From Mycolicibacterium smegmatis (GTDB lineage Bacteria; Actinomycetota; Actinomycetes; Mycobacteriales; Mycobacteriaceae), in assembly GCF_001457595.1 (NCBI RefSeq), contig NZ_LN831039.1:5490001-5522000 (forward strand): 32,000 nucleotides of DNA, in the 5' to 3' direction. The position numbers were made by a program, and so were the translations under genes. The notes under the pieces were generated by a model. That model did no database searches and had not been told where the DNA came from. It saw only the letters and a program-made list of their open reading frames with translations. Positions 6,322-15,916 of the stretch are shown piece by piece (position 1 is the stretch's first letter; the number at the start of each line of letters is the position of its first letter).

Positions 6322-7890
6322 ATGACCACCGGCATGGGGCTGCGCGGTGACCGCCTGCACCGTTACGTCACCGCGTTCTGCCCGCACTGCCACGCCGAAG
6401 CGCCCGAGCGCCCACTGGCGGACGTGCAGCGGCTCGCCGCGATGCTGATCGAGCGCGACGGACGGATCTGGCTCGAACGTGGCTGCCCGACACACGGTTT
6501 GGTGCGCACCCTGTACGACGAGGATCCCGAGATCCTCTCCTACCTCGAGGAGTGGACGGCACCCACCAAGGCCCACACCCCCGATGTCGCAGGCAACTTC
6601 GACCCGGTCCCGTCGGCATATCTGCGCGGCCTGCCGGAGATGCAGACCCAGCACACCTGCATCCTGCTGGAGGACATCTCCGAGGCGTGCAACCTGCGCT
6701 GCCCCACGTGTTTCACCGACAGTTCCCCCGACCTGCGCAACGTGGTCCCGGTGGCCGAGGTGCTCGCCAACATCGACCAACGCCTCGCGCGCGAGAACGG
6801 CCGCATCGACGTGCTGATGCTCAGCGGTGGCGAGCCCACGCTGCACCCGCAACTACCCACACTGCTGGCCGAGCTGGTGAAGCGGCCCATCACCCGGATC
6901 CTGGTGAACAGCAACGGCGTTCGCATCGCCAACGATGACGCTCTGCTCGACCTGCTGACGCTGCACCGAGAACGCGTCGAGGTGTATCTGCAGTACGACG
7001 GGTTGTCCGCCGAGACACACCGCCACCACCGCGGCGGCGATCTCGGAAGGCTGAAACAGCAGGCCCTGCAACGGCTGTCCGAGCGCGAGATCTTCACGAC
7101 CCTGGTGATGACCGCGACCCTGGGCGTCAACGACCACGAGATCGGGGCCATGGTCCAACTGGCGCTCGACACCCCTTACGTCGGCGGGCTGACCATCCAG
7201 CCCCAGTTCGGTTCGGGCCGTTCGGGTGCGATCGACCCGATGGAGAGGCTCACGCACACAGGCGTCCTGAAACGTATGGGTCCCCAGACCGACGGCGCGG
7301 TCACGTGGCGCGATCTCACCGCGCTGCCGTGCTCGCACCCGCACTGCTGCTCGGTGGGGTACCTGGTGCGCGACGACAGCGACCGGTGGCGCTCGCTGGT
7401 ATCGCTCATCGGAGCCGAGAGCCTCAAGGACAAGCTGGGACTGGTGGCCAACCGCATCGCCGACACCGAGATTCCACGCGAACTCCGCCTGGCCGTGCAG
7501 GAATCGCTGCTCGGACTGCTCTCCGAGCAGTCCTCGTTGTCCCATCCGGAGATCGGTGACGTGTGGCGCAACATCTGTGAGAACTGCGATCTGGGCATGT
7601 CGACGCTGTTGACGCTGGCGTCGTCGGCGCTTCCCGGCCGCAGGCGCAAGATCCGCAGACTCCTCGGCGAGCGCGTCGTGCGCCTGACCGTCAAACCGTT
7701 CATGGACATGTCGACGATGATCGAGGAGCGCCTCATCCAGTGCTGCGTGCACGTCGGGACCCGCTCGACCGAACAGCATCAATGCGCGCCGTTCTGCGCC
7801 GTACAGGCCTGGCCCGCACTGAGCCGCCAACGCCTGTCGCTCGCCTCCCAAGCCACGATGCCCGCGTTACCCCTCATCGAGATCCGATGA
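6322..7890 (+). CDS. Radical SAM enzyme with an N-terminal rubredoxin/zinc-ribbon-like module and C-terminal auxiliary Cys clusters (COG1964 / class-D / Tes-GDGT-MAS-like architecture)
   Basis: CNLRCPTC (C123-x3-C127-x2-C130) and SGGEP (168-172) are present. The N-terminus has C20-x2-C23...C55-x2-H58. Extra Cys lie at 337/342/343, 419/422 and 474/475/488/492, the last group in the pattern CCVH...CAPFC. VKPFMD is also present. Confidence 0.85.
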   Translation: MTTGMGLRGDRLHRYVTAFCPHCHAEAPERPLADVQRLAAMLIERDGRIWLERGCPTHGLVRTLYDEDPEILSYLEEWTAPTKAHTPDVAGNFDPVPSAYLRGLPEMQTQHTCILLEDISEACNLRCPTCFTDSSPDLRNVVPVAEVLANIDQRLARENGRIDVLMLSGGEPTLHPQLPTLLAELVKRPITRILVNSNGVRIANDDALLDLLTLHRERVEVYLQYDGLSAETHRHHRGGDLGRLKQQALQRLSEREIFTTLVMTATLGVNDHEIGAMVQLALDTPYVGGLTIQPQFGSGRSGAIDPMERLTHTGVLKRMGPQTDGAVTWRDLTALPCSHPHCCSVGYLVRDDSDRWRSLVSLIGAESLKDKLGLVANRIADTEIPRELRLAVQESLLGLLSEQSSLSHPEIGDVWRNICENCDLGMSTLLTLASSALPGRRRKIRRLLGERVVRLTVKPFMDMSTMIEERLIQCCVHVGTRSTEQHQCAPFCAVQAWPALSRQRLSLASQATMPALPLIEIR

Positions 7891-8147
7891 GCGAACCCGT
7901 CGGGCAACCGTACGATCCGCTACGACTGTGTGTATATGCCACGGTCGCGTTGCTCGCGTGGCTTCTCGGCCCTTGGGCCGTCGCGGGGTTCGCCGCACTG
8001 GGCCTCGTCGGCTACGTCCGGGCGCGACGAGCAGGGCTGATGCACAGCAAATGCGCCTTGCGCGATACGCGGCTGGTGATCGGGTACCTTGGCGTGATCG
8101 CGGCGGTCGCGGTAGCTGCGATCGTGGCCAGCTATTGGCCTCGCTGA
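7887..8147 (+). CDS. Small (86-aa) hydrophobic membrane protein, unknown function
   Basis: ATG 7887 overlaps the radical-SAM stop (ATGA). The product MSEPVGQPYDPLRLCVYATVALLAWLLGPWAVAGFAALGLVGYV...VIGYLGVIAAVAVAAIVASYW has 2-3 TM segments. The upstream part of the listed ORF (from 7740) lies inside the radical-SAM gene. Confidence 0.6.
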   Translation: MSEPVGQPYDPLRLCVYATVALLAWLLGPWAVAGFAALGLVGYVRARRAGLMHSKCALRDTRLVIGYLGVIAAVAVAAIVASYWPR

Positions 8148-8298
8148 GCGGATCCGAGGCTGACGGCTGCGTAAGAGAACTCTCAGGGGCCCCCGGCAGG
8201 TTTCACAGAATCCTCTAATACTGCTAACTTCGCTAATGAAGTGGGCATCCCCACTGTCGGGGGCCTGCAGTAAATCGGAGAACTCAGGAGTGAATGCC

Positions 8299-9336
8299 TT
8301 GAAGATCACGAATCTCAGTACGGCCGTGGCCGCTGCGGCCGTCGCCGCCGCCGCCATCCTCGGCACTGCGCCTGCCGCGTTCGGTGATGCCAGCGCCGTC
8401 ACCACCTCGACGCTCGGTAGCGCGGCAAAGCTGAACAACGGTGACGTCGTCCAGGCCTGGACCGTGACCGACCTCAAGCCCAGCAGCGACACGATCCCCT
8501 ACGAGGTCCGCGGCAAGCTGTGGGAGGTCACCGCCACCGATGAGGCCGTCCAGGGCAACGTGACCCCCATCGTCTCCAACTTCAACGTGCGGGCTGCCGA
8601 CGGCACCAACTACCGCGCACTGTTCCAGGTCGCCACCCCGCAGGGCGTGAACCCGTCGACCATCCCGCAGGGCGAGAAGGCCAGCGGCAAGATCTACTTC
8701 GACGTGACCGGCCCCGAGCCCACCACCGTCGTCTACAACGCCGGCGGCAAGGACCTGCTGGTGTGGGACAAGCCCGCCGCGTCCACGACCGCCCCGAGCG
8801 GTACCGGCCAGAGCCGCCCGGCCACGGCGTCGTCCCCGGCGACCGCCGCTCCCGCGGCCGCGGCCGCGGCCGAGGCCGAGTCCGAGGCTGTGACCGACGC
8901 AGAGACGGAGGCCACCCCGGCTCCGGCCGCGGCGTCGACCGCCGAGGGCGGCACCGAGGCCACCCCGGCCGGCGCGGGCAGCCGCGCCACCGACCTGCCT
9001 GCCGCCACCGCGGCGGAGGCCGAAACCGAGGCGACCGCGACCGACGCCGAGACCACCCCGGTGACCGAAGAGACCCCGGCCGCCCCCGCTCCCGAAGGTA
9101 CGACGCCGGTTTCGCTCGGCACGCCGGCCGCCGAAGGCACCCCGGCCGTCGAGGGAGCACCCGCCGGCGCCTCGGCGGGCAACGTCGCGACCGCGGTTCC
9201 GCCCGCCGCCCCGGCCGAGGGCGCTCCGGCCGAGGTTGCCGATCCCGCGCTGGTCCCGGCCGGTGTCCAGCCGACCACCACCGTGCCCGCCCCGGCGCCC
9301 ACCACGGCTCCGGTCAGCCACGGCCCCGCTGCCTGA
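8299..9336 (+). CDS. Secreted MPT63/MPB63-like (DUF1942) protein with an approximately 180-aa acidic Ala/Pro/Thr/Glu-rich C-terminal extension
   Basis: WTVTDLKPSSDTIPYEVRGKLWEVTATDEAVQGNVTPIVSNFNVRAADGTNYRALF...IPQGEKASGKIYFDVTGPEPT matches M. tuberculosis MPT63 almost motif for motif. The signal peptide is KITNLSTAVAAAAVAAAAILGTAPAAFG. I place the start at TTG 8299 (GGAG 8 nt upstream); GTG 8290 or ATG 8236 remain possible. Confidence 0.8.
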   Translation: MKITNLSTAVAAAAVAAAAILGTAPAAFGDASAVTTSTLGSAAKLNNGDVVQAWTVTDLKPSSDTIPYEVRGKLWEVTATDEAVQGNVTPIVSNFNVRAADGTNYRALFQVATPQGVNPSTIPQGEKASGKIYFDVTGPEPTTVVYNAGGKDLLVWDKPAASTTAPSGTGQSRPATASSPATAAPAAAAAAEAESEAVTDAETEATPAPAAASTAEGGTEATPAGAGSRATDLPAATAAEAETEATATDAETTPVTEETPAAPAPEGTTPVSLGTPAAEGTPAVEGAPAGASAGNVATAVPPAAPAEGAPAEVADPALVPAGVQPTTTVPAPAPTTAPVSHGPAA

Positions 9337-9346
9337 TCTGATTTAC

Positions 9347-9392
9347 AAAGCGAACGGCCGGAAGTGGGAAACCACTTCCGGCCGTTCGCTTT
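9347..9392. terminator. Bidirectional terminator hairpin between convergent genes
   Basis: Perfect 21-bp stem: AAAGCGAACGGCCGGAAGTGG, GAAA loop, CCACTTCCGGCCGTTCGCTTT. A/T runs flank both sides. Confidence 0.85.
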
Positions 9393-9398
9393 CGAGTC

Positions 9399-10349
9399 TC
9401 AGCTGATCGACAGCGCGATACCGTCCAGAATGTCGTGCTCGCTGACGACGAGTTGGTCGATGCCGGCACGGTCGGCGAGCACCGCGGCGAGTTCCTCGAC
9501 GATCACGGCGCCACCGCCGATGACGTCGGCCCGGCCCTGGTGCATCGGCCCCAGGGCGAGGCGCTGCTCCTTGGTCATCCCGATGAGCTCGTCGCAGACC
9601 CGCAGCAGACCGTCGAATCCTATGCGGGACAGGTGGATCTGCTCGGGATCGTATTCGGTCATGTTCTGCGCGAGCGCCGACAACGTCGTCATGGTGCCTG
9701 CCACGCCCACCCAGGTGCGAGCCTCGTTCACCGGCACCACTTCCAGTGCCTGCGCCAAGCCTGCGCGGACCACGGCCCGCGCGTCGGCGATCTCGTCGGC
9801 CGTGGGCGGGTCGCTGTGCAGGCACCGCTCCGTGAGCCGCACACAACCGATGTCGGCCGAGAAACTCGCCTGCACGGCGTCGGTGCCCAGCACGAGTTCG
9901 GTCGAACCGCCCCCGAGGTCGACGACCACGAAAGGTGCAGCGGCAGGGTCTAATTCGCCGACAGCACCGCGGAACGACAGCTCGGCCTCCTCGGTGCCGG
10001 TGATGACCTCGGCCACGGCGCCCGGCACCACCTTGCCCAGCAGTCGTGCGGTCATCGAGAAGAACTCGTCGCGGTTGCCCGCGTCGCGCGCGGCCGACGT
10101 GGCGACCATGCGCACGGCCGACACCGAGTGTTCGATCATCAACGCGACGTAGTCGGCGAGCGCAGCTTCGGTGCGCGCCAACGCTTCCGGCGCGAACTGC
10201 CCGGTGGCGTCGACATCCTGGCCCAACCGCACGATCCGCATCTCGCGGTGCACGTCACGCAGTCGTGCGCCGTCGGGTTCGGCGATCAGCAACCTGATCG
10301 AGTTGGTGCCGCAGTCGATGGCACCGACGCGGCGGTCGTTCACACCCAT
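9399..10349 (-). CDS. ppx2: Exopolyphosphatase, Ppx/GppA family
   Basis: 316 aa with an N-terminal AIDCGTNSIRLL actin-fold phosphate motif and DLGGGSTE. Its position downstream of eno-ftsB-DUF501 matches Rv1026. Confidence 0.9.
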   Translation of the reverse strand: MGVNDRRVGAIDCGTNSIRLLIAEPDGARLRDVHREMRIVRLGQDVDATGQFAPEALARTEAALADYVALMIEHSVSAVRMVATSAARDAGNRDEFFSMTARLLGKVVPGAVAEVITGTEEAELSFRGAVGELDPAAAPFVVVDLGGGSTELVLGTDAVQASFSADIGCVRLTERCLHSDPPTADEIADARAVVRAGLAQALEVVPVNEARTWVGVAGTMTTLSALAQNMTEYDPEQIHLSRIGFDGLLRVCDELIGMTKEQRLALGPMHQGRADVIGGGAVIVEELAAVLADRAGIDQLVVSEHDILDGIALSIS

Positions 10350-10831
10350 GTGTCGCGCTCCAGAATCCCGGCCATCGCGGGCTCGGCGGCCAGCACAGCC
10401 AATGCCTCGTCACCGAACGGGTTGACGCCGGGGCCTTTTGCCAGCGAGTGTGCGATCACGACGTGCAGGCACTTGACCCGGTCGGGCATGCCGCCGCCGG
10501 TGAACGTGGTGCCCAGCGGTTCGATCGCGTCGCGCTCGGCGAGGTAGGACTCGTGGGCCCGCCGGTAGGCCGCGGCCAGTTCGGGGTCCTGCGCCAGGCG
10601 TTCGGTCATCTCGCGCATCATGCCCGAGGACTCCAGCCGGCTCGCGGCCGCCGTCAACGCCGGGTGCGTCAGGTAGTACAGCGTCGGAAACGGGGTTCCG
10701 TCGGGCAGCCGCGGCGCGGTCTTCACCACGCCCGGTTCACCGTTGGGGCACCGATAGGCGATCTCGAGAACCCCTCGCGGCTCGCGGCCCAACTGCCGCG
10801 CCACCACGTCGAGGTCGGCGGGGTCAACCAC
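10340..10831 (-). CDS. DUF501-family protein (Rv1025 homologue)
   Basis: The conserved core is ARQLGREPRGVLEIAYRCPNGEPGVVKTAPRLPDGTPFPTLYYLTHP...GGGMPDRVKCLH. I chose the GTG at 10831, which overlaps the ftsB-like stop (GTGGTTGA). The upstream Arg/Pro-rich part of the listed ORF lies inside the ftsB-like gene. Confidence 0.75.
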   Translation of the reverse strand: MVDPADLDVVARQLGREPRGVLEIAYRCPNGEPGVVKTAPRLPDGTPFPTLYYLTHPALTAAASRLESSGMMREMTERLAQDPELAAAYRRAHESYLAERDAIEPLGTTFTGGGMPDRVKCLHVVIAHSLAKGPGVNPFGDEALAVLAAEPAMAGILERDTWV

Positions 10832-11510
10832 CGGGCGCGGGTGGGATCGGCGCCGGCTCACCCGGGGCGGGCGGGACCGGCGGAGCGGGCGGGATGGTGG
10901 GCGTGACCCCGTGCGGCTGATCGGCGATCGTGTGCCACAGCGAGGTGTACCAGGGCTGCCCCGCGGGCACCGTGGCACCGGGCTTCTCGGGTTCGGGCTC
11001 CTGGGTCACGACGGCGTTCGGCGGAAGCTGCACCTGGAACGGGGTGTCACCGGGCATCACGAAACCCAGCCGCTCCCTGGCCTGGGCCGCGATGTAGACC
11101 GGGTCGGCGAGCTTGACCTTCTGCTGTTCGAGCTCGGCGATCTGGGCGCGCAATTGCTCCTCGCTCGCTTTCAGTTGCTTCATCTCGGTCCGCTGCGCGA
11201 AATACGTGCGCACCGGCCCGGCGATCGTCAGCGTCAGCACGCACACGACGGCAGCCAGGATGGCCGCGCGTCGTGCCGCCGAACCGAACCGCTGTTCGGA
11301 CTGCAGCTCGGCCTGCTGTTGCGCCTGTACCGCAATGGCTTTGGTGACCGACTCGTCCGGTGCCTGCTCGATCTGCGCGGGCCGGGCCTCGCCGGCCCGG
11401 CGCCGTGCCTGCGATGCCCGCGGCCGATTCGCGTCGCCGTTCTTCCCCGGCTTCCCAGGTCGGGGAGCCGGGGCGCGTCGCCTCGGATCGGGCCGCTTCG
11501 GGTCGGGCAT
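10824..11510 (-). CDS. ftsB: Septum-formation initiator family protein (FtsB/DivIC-like, Rv1024 homologue)
   Basis: It has a basic N-terminus, a single TM (AAILAAVVCVLTLTIAG), a coiled coil (QRTEMKQLKASEEQLRAQIAELEQQKVKL), then DPVYIAAQARERLGFVMPGD and a Pro-rich tail. It lies immediately downstream of eno. Confidence 0.85.
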   Translation of the reverse strand: MPDPKRPDPRRRAPAPRPGKPGKNGDANRPRASQARRRAGEARPAQIEQAPDESVTKAIAVQAQQQAELQSEQRFGSAARRAAILAAVVCVLTLTIAGPVRTYFAQRTEMKQLKASEEQLRAQIAELEQQKVKLADPVYIAAQARERLGFVMPGDTPFQVQLPPNAVVTQEPEPEKPGATVPAGQPWYTSLWHTIADQPHGVTPTIPPAPPVPPAPGEPAPIPPAPGG

Positions 11511-11543
11511 CGTCGTGATCAGGCGCCGGGGACGGCCGGCGGC

Positions 11544-13623
<2,080 letters not shown>

Positions 13624-13735
13624 CGAACTCCCTCAAACCCGCGTCATCTCGCTCCCCATGGTCGCATGCGAGCGAGAGCGCGTTCCGATGGCTGGCGGCG
13701 CGGCGAAGACCTGCCGCATTCGAACCGCCCCCTGC

Positions 13736-13774
13736 TAAGGTGAGCCACGCCTTGCCAAGGCTAGCCAAGGCTTA
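13736..13774. promoter_or_regulatory. Two adjacent iron-box-like imperfect palindromes upstream of efeU (candidate IdeR sites)
   Basis: TAAGGTGAGCCACGCCTTG (13736-13754) and CAAGGCTAGCCAAGGCTTA (13756-13774) each match about 12 of 19 positions of TTAGGTTAGCCTAACCTAA by my count. They lie 32-70 nt upstream of the efeU ATG. Confidence 0.35.
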
Positions 13775-13805
13775 CGGCTTTACCCCGCTCGACAGAGGAC
13801 GCTTG

Positions 13806-14747
13806 ATGACCCCCATCACGGACGTTCCGACCAGCTTACTGGCCGCATCCAACATCACATCACAGCTGCTCGGAAGCGGCTTGATCGGTCTGCGCGAGGG
13901 GCTGGAAGCCGCGATCGTCGTCTCGATCCTCGTCGCGTTCCTGGTCAAATCCGACCGCAGGGACGCTCTCAGATGGGTGTGGCTGGGAGTTAGCTGTGCG
14001 ATCGCTGTGACCGTCACGGTGTTCCTCGTCATCCAGTTCGGGGAGAACACCATCAGCGGGCTCGGGGCGGAGGCCGTCGCCGGGATCGCGTCGCTTCTGG
14101 CCGTCGTCATCGTCACCACGATGGTGCTGTGGATGAAGAAGGCCGCGGCATCCATCGCCGGCGAGCTGCGCGGTGAGCTCGCGCGGGCGCTGGAGACCGG
14201 CGGGCCCGCGGTCGCGCTGCTGGCGTTCCTCGCCGTGGGGCGCGAAGGCGTCGAGACGGCGTTGTTCATGGTCGGCTACGCAGAGGCCGAGACCCTGTGG
14301 CCGCTGACCGGGCTGATCATCGGCGTGCTGGTCGCCGTAGCCATCGCCTACGGCATGTACGCCGGCGCGGTGCGCCTGGACCTCGGCAAGTTCTTCAAGT
14401 GGACCGGCATCTTCCTCATCGTGGTGGCGGCCGGGATCCTCGCCTACGCCACCAAGGCACTGCAGACCGTCGGATGGCTGCCCGGCCTGGGTAGCAAGGC
14501 GTTCGACGTCAGCGGGGGCGGAGGCTGGTTCAACTGGTCTGCCTGGTACGGCGAGGCCATCCAGGGCATCTTCAACATCGATCCAACGCCGACCGTGCTG
14601 CAGTTCGCGGCGTGGCTGACCTACATCGTCGTCGTGCTCGCGCTGTTCCTGAAGCCGGGCCGCGCTGCTTCGCCCGCATCCCCAGCGCCCTCCGAGCCGA
14701 TCGTCGACCCGGAGGCACCCACCACATCCGAAAGGTCGACCACGTGA
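13806..14747 (+). CDS. efeU: FTR1/EfeU-family ferrous-iron permease
   Basis: Two REXXE motifs are present (LREGLEA and GREGVET) in a 7-TM profile. ATG 13806 is preceded by AGAGGA. The upstream part of the listed ORF is non-coding-like. Confidence 0.85.
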   Translation: MTPITDVPTSLLAASNITSQLLGSGLIGLREGLEAAIVVSILVAFLVKSDRRDALRWVWLGVSCAIAVTVTVFLVIQFGENTISGLGAEAVAGIASLLAVVIVTTMVLWMKKAAASIAGELRGELARALETGGPAVALLAFLAVGREGVETALFMVGYAEAETLWPLTGLIIGVLVAVAIAYGMYAGAVRLDLGKFFKWTGIFLIVVAAGILAYATKALQTVGWLPGLGSKAFDVSGGGGWFNWSAWYGEAIQGIFNIDPTPTVLQFAAWLTYIVVVLALFLKPGRAASPASPAPSEPIVDPEAPTTSERSTT

Positions 14748-15916
14748 AGATGATGCCTGCTGCCAAGACAGGAGTCGCCGCCGCCGCGGCGCTGCTTGCC
14801 GGGTTCTCGCTCGCCGGCTGCCAAGCCAAGGAGAGCGCCAACAGCGGCGACACCGCGAGCGGCGAGAAGTCCAACCAGATCACCGTCGAGGCCTCCGACA
14901 CCGAGTGCAAGCTCTCGGGCACCGAGGCCGCGACCGGCCCCAGCACCTTCGTCGTCACCAACAACGGCTCCAAGGTCACCGAGTTCTACGTCTACGGCGA
15001 GGGCGAGCGTGTCATGGGCGAGGTCGAGAACATCTCCCCAGGCCTCAAGCGTCAGCTCATCGTGCAGCTCACCCAGCCCGGCACCTACCAGACCTCGTGC
15101 CGCCCCGGCATGGTCGGCGACGGCATCCGCGGCGACTTCGTCGTCACCGGCGAGGCCGTGCAGATCGACACCGAGGGCAAGTTCAAGGAAGCCGCCGACA
15201 GCTACAAGCGTTACGTCAACAGCCAGACCGACGCACTGATCCCGGCCGTCGAGGAGTTCGTCGCCGCGATCAAGGCCAAGGACGTCGAGAAGGCCAAGTC
15301 GCTCTACCCGACCTCGCGCATCTACTACGAGCGCATCGAACCGGTCGCCGAGTCGTTCCCCAACGATCTGGATCCGCGCATCGACCTGCGCGAGGCCGAC
15401 CTGGAGCCGGGCCAGAAGTGGACCGGCTTCCACCGCCTCGAGAAAGACCTCTGGGTGACGGGCCTGCAGCCCGACACCGACGCCATCGCCGACCAGTTGG
15501 TGGCCGACGTCAAGGAACTCGACGCCGGTGTGAAGGCCCCCGACTTCACCATCGACTCCACCCAGATCGCCGGTGGCGCACAGGGTCTGCTCGACGAGAT
15601 CTCGATCAGCAAGATCACCGGTGAAGAGGACATCTTCAGCCACACCGACCTGTGGGACTTCCGCGCCAACGTCGAGGGCTCGCAGACCGCGGTGGCCTCG
15701 GTGCGCCCGATCCTCGACGAGCGCAACCCCGATCTGGGCAAGCGCGTCGACCAGCGCTTCGCCGATGTGGAAGCGCTGCTGGAGAAGTATCGTGAAGGCG
15801 ATGGTTTCGTCACCTACGACAAGGTGACCGAACCGGAACGCCAGGAGCTCTCGCGCGCCATCGACGCGCTGAGCAAAGAAGTGAGCCAGGTGCAAGGTGT
15901 CATCGCCCAGCAGTGA
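14744..15916 (+). CDS. efeO: EfeO-family iron-uptake lipoprotein (cupredoxin-like N-terminal domain plus imelysin/M75-like domain)
   Basis: Lipobox LAGC follows KMMPAAKTGVAAAAALLAGFS. The family core is TVEASDTECKLS...VTNNGSKVTEFYV. GTG 14744 overlaps the efeU stop (GTGA), with GAAAGG 8 nt upstream; ATG 14750 or 14753 are alternatives. Confidence 0.85.
   Translation: MKMMPAAKTGVAAAAALLAGFSLAGCQAKESANSGDTASGEKSNQITVEASDTECKLSGTEAATGPSTFVVTNNGSKVTEFYVYGEGERVMGEVENISPGLKRQLIVQLTQPGTYQTSCRPGMVGDGIRGDFVVTGEAVQIDTEGKFKEAADSYKRYVNSQTDALIPAVEEFVAAIKAKDVEKAKSLYPTSRIYYERIEPVAESFPNDLDPRIDLREADLEPGQKWTGFHRLEKDLWVTGLQPDTDAIADQLVADVKELDAGVKAPDFTIDSTQIAGGAQGLLDEISISKITGEEDIFSHTDLWDFRANVEGSQTAVASVRPILDERNPDLGKRVDQRFADVEALLEKYREGDGFVTYDKVTEPERQELSRAIDALSKEVSQVQGVIAQQ

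Noticed and set aside
8236-8298. ATG 8236 as the start of the MPT63-like gene
   Set aside because: It has no Shine-Dalgarno sequence, and the extra 21 residues (MKWASPLSGACSKSENSGVNA) would precede an otherwise typical signal peptide. TTG 8299 has GGAG at optimal spacing. I keep it as an alternative in the feature note.
8790-9336. Highly repetitive GC-rich Ala/Pro stretch, checked as a possible PE_PGRS-like gene, CRISPR array or VNTR
   Set aside because: There are no regular repeat-spacer units and no Gly-Gly-Ala/Asn PGRS periodicity. It is simply the low-complexity tail of the MPT63-like CDS, in frame with it.
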